Assembly (NCBI GenBank): GCA_033762295.1
Contig: JANRLW010000124.1
Location: 1-23,390, forward strand
Direction of reading: 5' to 3'
DNA length: 23,390 bases
Source: Capsulimonadales bacterium
GTDB lineage: Bacteria > Armatimonadota > Armatimonadia > Armatimonadales > Armatimonadaceae
Positions within the stretch are counted from its first letter, which is position 1. Every line of letters begins with the position of its first letter. The position numbers and the translations under genes are program-made. Shown piece after piece: positions 16,533 through 23,390 of the stretch. Below the pieces are notes generated by a model. That model was not told the DNA's origin. It made no database searches and saw only the letters and a list, made by a program, of their open reading frames with translations.

Positions 16533-17855
16533 TTGACGAACGAAGAGACGACGCCCGAAACACGGCCCCCCTCCGGATGGTGGTCGCGCACGCCGCTCTA
16601 CCTGCGTATTCTCGGCGCACTGATCCTGGGTTTGATCGTCGGTACCCTCCTTGGTCCCTCCGCCGCGGTCCTCGAAATTCCGGCGAACCTGATCCTCCGT
16701 ATGCTCGGAGCGCTGGCTCCCCCCCTGATCCTGATCGCGGTCGTTCAGGCGATCATGCACGCCGACATTCAAAAAGGGACGGCCGGCCGCCTCGCCTTTC
16801 TTCTGGGGCTCAATACCCTTGTCGCCATCATTATCGGATTGGTCGTCGCCAATGTTATCCGTCCGGGCAAACTGGCCAATCTGACACCGACCCCGAAACC
16901 GTCGAACTGGCAGGTGCTCTACAATAAGGAGTCCGACCCGTTCCGGCAGGACGTCGGACGGGCGCTCGAAGCCTACGGCGTTCCCGCGCCGGTCCCGAAA
17001 AAGGACGTCTTCCTTACCTTTCTGGACAACGTCCCGAAGAGCCTGGCAGGCCCCCTGGTTGAGAACAATGTTATCGGCATCATTCTGATCGCTCTAGCAT
17101 TCGGGATCGCCCTGCGCCGCAACCGGGACCGCCCGCTGCGAACCGTCTCGGACGTCGTCGCCATCGCCATGGACACCGTACTGACCATCCTGCACTGGAT
17201 CATCGCCATCGTCCCGATCGGTGTTTTCGGAATTGTCGCCTCCACCGTGGGTCAGAAGGGTTTTCAGCCGTTCCTGTCGCTCGGGTACTTTATCGTGACC
17301 GTGCTGGTGGGTCTGGCGCTTCAGGCGACCTACTACTTGACCCGCGTTCGTTTCGGTTCCTGGGTCTCGCCGATGCGCTTGCTGCAAGGGGGCCGGGACG
17401 CGCTGCTGCTCGCCTTTTCCACCGCGTCGTCCACCGCGACGATGCCGGTCAACTACGAAGGGCTGAAGAATAAGGTTGGCCTGCGCGCCCGGTCGGCCGG
17501 GCTGGGCGCACTGGTCGGCACCAACTTCAACAACGACGGAACCGCCTTATACGAAGCGGCCTCGGCGTTGTTCATCTCCCAGATGGTCGGCCAGGAACTG
17601 AACCTCTTCCAGCAGGTCCTGGTGGTACTGACATCGGTGATGGCGTCCGTCGGGGCGGCGGGAATTCCGGAAGCGGGACTGGTCACCATGACACTGGTCT
17701 TTACCGCCGTCGGCCTCGACACGCGCTACATCGCCCTGCTACTGACCGTCGACTGGTTCCTGGACCGTTGCCGGACGGCCATCAACATCATGGGCGATAT
17801 GAACATCGCCTGCCTGCTCGACGGGAAAACGCAGAAAGCGGACGGGGAGGAGTAA
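16533..17855 (+). CDS. Dicarboxylate/amino acid:cation symporter (DAACS/SDF family), probably Glu/Asp
   Basis: AFSTASSTAT (HP1), FNNDGTALYEA (TM7), ASVGAAGIPEAG (HP2), VDWFLDRCRTAINIMGD (TM8). TTG 16533 follows a GAGGAGG RBS, better than ATG 16344. Confidence 0.93.
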   Translation: MTNEETTPETRPPSGWWSRTPLYLRILGALILGLIVGTLLGPSAAVLEIPANLILRMLGALAPPLILIAVVQAIMHADIQKGTAGRLAFLLGLNTLVAIIIGLVVANVIRPGKLANLTPTPKPSNWQVLYNKESDPFRQDVGRALEAYGVPAPVPKKDVFLTFLDNVPKSLAGPLVENNVIGIILIALAFGIALRRNRDRPLRTVSDVVAIAMDTVLTILHWIIAIVPIGVFGIVASTVGQKGFQPFLSLGYFIVTVLVGLALQATYYLTRVRFGSWVSPMRLLQGGRDALLLAFSTASSTATMPVNYEGLKNKVGLRARSAGLGALVGTNFNNDGTALYEAASALFISQMVGQELNLFQQVLVVLTSVMASVGAAGIPEAGLVTMTLVFTAVGLDTRYIALLLTVDWFLDRCRTAINIMGDMNIACLLDGKTQKADGEE

Positions 17856-17866
17856 ACGGAAACCGG

Positions 17867-19447
17867 TCAGCGTTTCGGACCTTCGGAGGAACGTTTTACC
17901 GGCTGATCGATCCGCACCTCGATGTCGCGGATTCCCCAGCTTTCGTTGGCGATATCCTCCAGGCCGCGGGCTAGAAAGTTCAATACCAGCGTCGGCTGTT
18001 GATGAGCGAAGGTGAACTTCAGCCGATAGGCGGCGTCCGGTTTGCCCGCCGGATCGTTCGCCTCCGAACCGATATGCAAAAAGTTTCGTCGTAACGCTCC
18101 CTCACCGCCCCGGTGCCCGCCCTCCGTATATTCGCCCGGAAACGCCTGCAGCGGCGTTCGCGCCCACTCCGAAGGCGGATTGGCGAACGTCGTCCGGAGG
18201 AGCATCGGCCCCCGCTCGACATTCGCCTCCCAGAGATCCGGGCCGGTCCCGTCGACGATTCCGCCACCGTCCCAGGTGTTCACCACCAGGAGCGTCAGGA
18301 CGACCGTGACCTGCCGGTGCGGTGGGAGCCGTCGGAGCGAAAGCCGCACCGTCCGGTTCCCGAACTCCCCGAGGAATCGTTTCCCGGTGCGGGGAATCTC
18401 CGTGGTCATCAGGCCGCCACGAAATTCCGTCCCTTCGTTCGCGGTCCATTCGCCTCCGACGATCTCGTCCGGAAAGTCGTTGCGGTACACCGTCCGCTCG
18501 CGAACGATATTCGGCGCCGGCAGGCCGCGTCGATTCGAGGCCCGGGCCTCCCGGAGGATGGCCAGTTCCCGGCGAGCCTTCAGGAACGTATCGAGAACGG
18601 CGGCGGTTCCCACCTTCCCGGTTCGCCTCGCCCGTTCGAGCGGCGTCGATCCGTCCGCGCTCCGCGCCTCCGGGTCGGCTCCCATCGTCAGCAGGAACCG
18701 GGTTTCATGGACGCGTCCGGCCGCCGCCGCGACATGGAGCGAGGTCTGCCCGTCGTCCTTCTTCCCCTCGATATCGGCTCCGGCTTCGACCAGAAGGCGC
18801 ATCACCTCGATATGACCGTTCCGGATCGCCTGATGCAACGGGGTGTAGCCCTCATAGACGTGCCAGTTCGGGTCGGCTCCCCGGGCGAGCAGCATCCGAA
18901 CGGTATCGGCATAACCGAAAAAGGAGGCGATTTCGAGCGGAATCACCTTGTCGCGGCGGGGGACATTGACCGGTGTTCCCGCATCGATCAGGAGCCGGGC
19001 GGTGTCGGTTCGATGGTGCCAGACCGCCGTGTGCAGCGGCGTCTGGTCGTTCTGATCACGTGCCAGCAGGTCGGGCCGGTGACGCAGCAGAATGCGCAGG
19101 CAATCGTTCCAGCCACCGGCGGCCGCCTGGTGCAACGGCGTCCAGCCGCTCTGCCCGTTCCGGGCGGCGACCGCGGATTTGGCTAGGTCCGGGTTCGCTC
19201 CGTATTCCAGAAGGTATTCCGTCACGACCGTCTGACCGGTGGAAACCGCCCAGTGCAGCGCGCCGTTCCCGTCCTCGTCCCGTTCGTCGATGCCGCTCGG
19301 GTTTTCCGCGACCAGTCGCCGTACGTCGTCGATTCTCCCGTCCCGCGCCGCAGAATGCAGCGGGGGGAGGTCGGCGAAGGCGGGAACGACCATCGCAATA
19401 AAGAGCAGACTCGCGAACGCAATGCGGCGTACGAAACGGATACTCAT
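17867..19447 (-). CDS. Secreted ankyrin-repeat protein with an uncharacterised C-terminal beta domain
   Basis: Signal peptide MSIRFVRRIAFASLLFIAMVVPAFA|D, about 8 ankyrin repeats (PLHSAA, ALHWAV, TPLHQAA, TPLHTAV, PLEIAS, TPLHQAI, TSLHVAA, TPLERA); start ATG 19447. Confidence 0.9.
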   Translation of the reverse strand: MSIRFVRRIAFASLLFIAMVVPAFADLPPLHSAARDGRIDDVRRLVAENPSGIDERDEDGNGALHWAVSTGQTVVTEYLLEYGANPDLAKSAVAARNGQSGWTPLHQAAAGGWNDCLRILLRHRPDLLARDQNDQTPLHTAVWHHRTDTARLLIDAGTPVNVPRRDKVIPLEIASFFGYADTVRMLLARGADPNWHVYEGYTPLHQAIRNGHIEVMRLLVEAGADIEGKKDDGQTSLHVAAAAGRVHETRFLLTMGADPEARSADGSTPLERARRTGKVGTAAVLDTFLKARRELAILREARASNRRGLPAPNIVRERTVYRNDFPDEIVGGEWTANEGTEFRGGLMTTEIPRTGKRFLGEFGNRTVRLSLRRLPPHRQVTVVLTLLVVNTWDGGGIVDGTGPDLWEANVERGPMLLRTTFANPPSEWARTPLQAFPGEYTEGGHRGGEGALRRNFLHIGSEANDPAGKPDAAYRLKFTFAHQQPTLVLNFLARGLEDIANESWGIRDIEVRIDQPVKRSSEGPKR

Positions 19448-19466
19448 CGGTTTTCCGACGCGAACG

Positions 19467-20558
19467 TCAGACCGGAGGTTTGAACGTCGCCAGTTCCTTC
19501 CTTGACTTTGGCGGCTTGATCTTGCCGTCGATGATCGCCTGTTTGAGCGCATCTACCCGATCCATCGCCGTTTTCGGAACCCGGTCCCGAGTATGGGTCA
19601 TCGGCGAAAGGCCGACGCCCCCCTCTTTCAGTCCCAGTTCGATCGTTCCGGCTTGAAAACTTCCTTCGGCCGTCTCCTGGCAGACATCGTAAACCGCCAC
19701 ATCGACCCGCTTGACCATCGAGGTGAGAACGCGTCCCGGCGCTTCTCCATCCTGGTCCCGATCGACACCGATCGCGAAGTTGCCTTCCGGACTCGACTGG
19801 ACCGCTTTGATCACACCAAGACCGGTCTTTCCCGACGCATGGAAAATGATGTCCGCGCCCGCCTCCATCTGCGACAGGGCCAGTTCGCGCCCCTTCTGCG
19901 GATCATCGAACCGTCCTGCGTACCCGACCTTGACCGAGGCTTTCGGGTTTGTCGTTTTGACTCCGGCCACATAAGCCGCTTCGAATTTTTCGATCAGCGG
20001 CATCTCCATCCCGCCGACGAACCCGACGACATTCTTCTTCGTTACCAGTCCGGCAAGCGCCCCGACCAGGAAGCAGCCTTCCTCCTCGCGGAACTTCGCC
20101 GAGATCGCGTTGGGCAGGTCCGGCGCGTTGCCATCGACGATAGCGAACTTGACATTGGGATATCGGGCGGCGGCCGATTTCATCGCGTCCTGCATCAGAA
20201 ACCCGACGGCGAAAACGACATCGTATCCGTTGTCGGCGAAGCGGGTGAGGTTGTTCAGGTAATCGGCGTTGGATTTCGATTCCGTAAACTTGATCTCGGC
20301 CTGGAGCTGCGACTCGGCCTTTTTCAACCCCTCCCAGGCGGAGGCGTTGAACGACTTGTCGTCGATTCCTCCGACGTCGGTCACCAGACCCGCCTTTATC
20401 TTCTTGCCTCCGGAGGGCAGGGCATTCGGATCGGGCGTCGCCGCCGGCGAGGCGAGCGGTGAGGACGGTCCCGTCGTATCCGGAGAGGGACACCCTCCGC
20501 TGACCAGGCTGAGCGGCAATAACGCCATCCCGACGAAAAACACGCAGCGACGTGTCAA
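19467..20558 (-). CDS. BMP-family (Bmp/PnrA-like) ABC substrate-binding lipoprotein
   Basis: Lipobox VSGG|C, LVTDVGGIDDKSFNASAWEG, GADIIFHASG, IGVDRDQ, VLTSMVKRVD. Start TTG 20558 (or ATG 20528). Confidence 0.92.
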   Translation of the reverse strand: MTRRCVFFVGMALLPLSLVSGGCPSPDTTGPSSPLASPAATPDPNALPSGGKKIKAGLVTDVGGIDDKSFNASAWEGLKKAESQLQAEIKFTESKSNADYLNNLTRFADNGYDVVFAVGFLMQDAMKSAAARYPNVKFAIVDGNAPDLPNAISAKFREEEGCFLVGALAGLVTKKNVVGFVGGMEMPLIEKFEAAYVAGVKTTNPKASVKVGYAGRFDDPQKGRELALSQMEAGADIIFHASGKTGLGVIKAVQSSPEGNFAIGVDRDQDGEAPGRVLTSMVKRVDVAVYDVCQETAEGSFQAGTIELGLKEGGVGLSPMTHTRDRVPKTAMDRVDALKQAIIDGKIKPPKSRKELATFKPPV

Positions 20559-20592
20559 AGGCAAACCATCCTCTCCGCGCGGAAACGACGGA

Positions 20593-21543
20593 CTACCGTT
20601 CCTGTTCCGCGATCTTCCCCTTGAAATAGGCAATCGTTCGTTCCAGTCCCTCTTCCAGAGAAACGACCGGTTCCCAGCCAAGCCGTTCGCGGGCTTTGGA
20701 AATATCGGGGCGTCGCTGCTTGGGATCGTCGGCGGTCGGCAACGGCTGGAAAACGATCTCGGACTGCGACGCGGTAATGCGCTTGATCTCCTCGGCGAAC
20801 TCAAGCATCGTCCGTTCGATCGGATTGCCGATATTGATCGGGCCGCTTTCCCGGCTCATCGAGAGTTTGAAGATCCCGTCGATCAGGTCGGAGACATAAC
20901 AGAAGGAGCGCGTCTGCTTTCCGTCCCCGTACACGGTGATCGGGTCGCCGCGCAACGCCTGACCGACGAAGTTCGGCACGACGCGCCCATCGTTCAGGCG
21001 CATGCGCGGCCCGTAGGTATTGAAAATTCGGACGATTTTGGTGTCGACGCCATGAAACCGACGGTAGGCCATGGTGACCGCCTCGGCATAGCGTTTCGCT
21101 TCGTCGTACACGCCCCGGACGCCGATCGGGTTGACATTCCCCCAGTATTCCTCGTTTTGCGGGTGCACCAGCGGATCGCCGTACACCTCCGACGTCGACG
21201 CCATCAGAAAACGCGCGTTCTTGGCGCGCGCCAGTCCGACCGCATGGTGGGTTCCGATCCCGTTCACCTTCAGAATCTGGATCGGCTTGGTGGGAAAGTC
21301 CACCGGGGAGGCCGGAGAGGCCATATGATAAACGATGTCCAGAGGACCGTCCAGGTACAGATACTCCGTGACATCGTACTGAACGAAGCGAAAATGGGAA
21401 TTTCCCAGCAGATGGGCGATGTTGTCCGCGGACCCGGTAATCAGGTTGTCAAACGCGACGACATCGAAACCTTCCGCGAGGAGGCGATCGCAAAGATGCG
21501 AGCCAAGAAAACCCGCGCCGCCGGTCACGAGCGCACGAGGCAT
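20593..21543 (-). CDS. uxs: UDP-glucuronate decarboxylase family protein (extended SDR)
   Basis: [63 protein letters not shown]. Confidence 0.92.
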   Translation of the reverse strand: MPRALVTGGAGFLGSHLCDRLLAEGFDVVAFDNLITGSADNIAHLLGNSHFRFVQYDVTEYLYLDGPLDIVYHMASPASPVDFPTKPIQILKVNGIGTHHAVGLARAKNARFLMASTSEVYGDPLVHPQNEEYWGNVNPIGVRGVYDEAKRYAEAVTMAYRRFHGVDTKIVRIFNTYGPRMRLNDGRVVPNFVGQALRGDPITVYGDGKQTRSFCYVSDLIDGIFKLSMSRESGPINIGNPIERTMLEFAEEIKRITASQSEIVFQPLPTADDPKQRRPDISKARERLGWEPVVSLEEGLERTIAYFKGKIAEQER

Positions 21544-21596
21544 GAGCGATCCTTTCCTTGTGGCCCTCGCCTAGCGAAAATCCAACGGGCCGTGTG

Positions 21597-21626
21597 ATTA
21601 TAGCCATTCGCCCGGCGAAAAGTCAA
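21597..21626 (-). promoter_or_regulatory. Near-consensus sigma70-type promoter for the uxs-bmp-ankyrin run
   Basis: Minus strand TTGACT (21626-21621)-N18-TATAAT (21602-21597), about 50 nt before the start codon. Confidence 0.7.
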
Positions 21627-21806
21627 ACAATCAGCCAGACAATCCTATGGTACTCCCTGGGGTTGTCCGGGGCGCAATCTCTCCGAGGACGTTGGCCGTT
21701 TTACATTATCGGTGGCTTCGCTGACAAAAAAGCGGGTCCGAGAAAGGATTATTTCGCTTATTTTCGGAAATCCACTATAAATCCGCTCCTCCGGAGGACC
21801 GCAATC

Positions 21807-22763
21807 ATGACCATGCTCTCCCTGCCCCACCCGGACCGGTTCCGGGCCGCCGATAACGTCTTTCCGTCGATCGACGCCTCCGTTCAGGAGGTTCTCACCG
21901 ACGATCAGATCCGGTTCTTCCTCGAAAACGGCCTTCTCGTCGTCCGCAATGTCCTCGCTCCGGCGGAACTGGAGGCGATGCGGGAGCAAACCCGTCCCCT
22001 GATCGAGCAGGCTCTGGCCGGTGGCGGCGATCCGGATTTCTTTTATCGAAATCATGAGGAAACCGGAGAGCGCGTCCCATTCCGTATCGAATTTGTGATC
22101 GACAAAACGGCGGCGGGAAAAGCCCTGCTCGGTCATCCGTTCATCCTGCGCTCGGTCGAACGTCTTCAGGGACCGAACTTCATTCCGACCTGGGATGCCT
22201 GTGTCTTCAAAAGCCCTGGCGCGGGCGTGGCGATTCCCTGGCACCGGGATGCGGGCACGGACCGAACGCGGGAGGAGATCGCACCGATCTTCAACGTCGA
22301 CTTTTACCTGGATGAAGCCGATGCCACAAACTGCCTCTGGGGAATCCCGGGAACGCACCGACTCTCCGGGGAGCGCGCCGACGAACGCATCCGTGAACTC
22401 AACGCAGACGGCGAATTCCGCATTCCCGAGGATGCCGTTCCCATTCCCATGCAGCCCGGCGACGTCATTTTCCACAACATTCTGACGATTCACGGTTCGC
22501 CGGCGGCCCGGAGCGGATTGCGGCGGGTTGTCTACTACGAATTTCGGCCCGCCGAAATCGAATCCGACCTCGGCCCCCATACCCCGGAATACCTTCCGCT
22601 CAAGCAGGGAGTCCTCCGCCGATGCCTGAACATCCGGCGGACGATGCCGTACGCCGCCGACGAGACGCCGTTTAATTACCGACCGACCCCGCCGTTCGAC
22701 GGACCCGATCCGGGCGAGGAAGAAACCTACCGTTACCCGCATTCCCAATACTGGAGAGCCTGA
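21807..22763 (+). CDS. Phytanoyl-CoA dioxygenase (PhyH) family Fe(II)/2-oxoglutarate oxygenase
   Basis: FFLENGLLVVRNVL, K..G....PWHRD (HxD), CLWGIPGTH, PGDVIFH..LTIHGS......RR; GGAGGA RBS before ATG 21807. Confidence 0.92.
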   Translation: MTMLSLPHPDRFRAADNVFPSIDASVQEVLTDDQIRFFLENGLLVVRNVLAPAELEAMREQTRPLIEQALAGGGDPDFFYRNHEETGERVPFRIEFVIDKTAAGKALLGHPFILRSVERLQGPNFIPTWDACVFKSPGAGVAIPWHRDAGTDRTREEIAPIFNVDFYLDEADATNCLWGIPGTHRLSGERADERIRELNADGEFRIPEDAVPIPMQPGDVIFHNILTIHGSPAARSGLRRVVYYEFRPAEIESDLGPHTPEYLPLKQGVLRRCLNIRRTMPYAADETPFNYRPTPPFDGPDPGEEETYRYPHSQYWRA

Positions 22764-22766
22764 AAC

Positions 22767-23390
22767 ATGGACGTCAGACAGCCCACCGAAGTCGATGATT
22801 TCTTCTTTGATCTGAACGGCTACCTCATCCTTGAGAATGCCGCCGAACCGGAACTGCTCGACGAACTGAATGCCGCATTCGACGCGTTCCCTTCGCTGCA
22901 GCCCGGCGAATGGTGGGGCAACACCCAACGACGGGACTACACGGCCGATACCGGCTTCGAACTGCATAATTGTGTCGAGGCCGGCGAGCCGTTCGAACGA
23001 CTGATCGACCATCCGTCCTGGATCGCTTACCTGCGACGCTACTGCGGAGAACAGCAATCCTACGTTGAAGGACTTTTCATCGATGAGGCGATCGCCTCGA
23101 TCCGAAAGAGCGGCGGACACCATCCCGTCCATTCCGGGGGCTACCGGGGCGCCTTGCGGGGGGCGTACCACTACGCCAATGGCGTCTTCCGCTGCGGTCA
23201 GTGCAACATCCTTCTGGCGTTGACCGATATCGGCGAAGGCGACGGACCGACGATGATTATTCCCGGCTCCCACAAATCCAACTTTCCGCACCCACTGGCC
23301 GGAAACTATCAACGAGGCGACCGGATGGACACCCTGCCCGGCGCGGTTCCGGCCTACCTGAAAAAAGGAGACGCTCTCCTGTTCGTCGAC
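22767..23390 (+). CDS. Partial PhyH-family Fe(II)/2-oxoglutarate enzyme with HxG motif (candidate halogenase)
   Basis: Not in the ORF track. ATG 3 nt after the upstream stop, open to the window end: MDVRQPTEVDDFFFDLNGYLILENA...LIDHP...HPVHSGG...LALTDIGEGDGPTMIIPGSHKS...LKKGDALLFVD. Confidence 0.88.
   Translation, partial: MDVRQPTEVDDFFFDLNGYLILENAAEPELLDELNAAFDAFPSLQPGEWWGNTQRRDYTADTGFELHNCVEAGEPFERLIDHPSWIAYLRRYCGEQQSYVEGLFIDEAIASIRKSGGHHPVHSGGYRGALRGAYHYANGVFRCGQCNILLALTDIGEGDGPTMIIPGSHKSNFPHPLAGNYQRGDRMDTLPGAVPAYLKKGDALLFVD

Noticed and set aside
16289..16591. 100-aa minus-strand ORF that could explain the leader terminator
   Set aside because: It overlaps the symporter start, has no RBS or motif, and a separate promoter lies between it and the terminator.
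20269..23312. 442-aa and 555-aa ORFs antisense to uxs and the PhyH genes
   Set aside because: Mirror frames of clear genes caused by GC codon bias.
1..23390. CRISPR arrays, rRNA/tRNA genes, IS elements, reverse transcriptase or DGR acting on the pilins
   Set aside because: No spaced repeats, RNA-gene signatures, transposase or RT were seen; similarity between the two pilin genes is limited to conserved coding motifs.

Overview
GC-rich bacterial DNA, probably Armatimonadota (inferred from two '[28 protein letters not shown]' DUF1559-like prepilin genes). From left to right: (i) a partial secreted protein, then a compact accessory module of an HTH/coiled-coil protein plus a tyrosine recombinase; (ii) a ~13.4 kb putative carbohydrate locus bracketed by two prepilin-type (DUF1559/H-X9-DG-like) genes, containing a GlmU-like nucleotidyltransferase, a sugar ABC binding protein with two permeases, two hypotheticals, a large secreted putative glycosidase, a BNR/sialidase-like protein and a DegT-family aminotransferase; (iii) a DAACS amino-acid symporter; (iv) a minus-strand run of UDP-glucuronate decarboxylase, a BMP lipoprotein and a secreted ankyrin fusion protein; (v) two tandem PhyH-family Fe(II)/2-oxoglutarate enzymes. 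The second PhyH gene is truncated by the window end, missing from the ORF track, and has H-S-G instead of H-x-D, the signature of non-heme iron halogenases. Three intergenic leaders look structured, one with an internal terminator. No rRNA, tRNA or CRISPR array was seen. All functional calls come from motif reading, not database searches.
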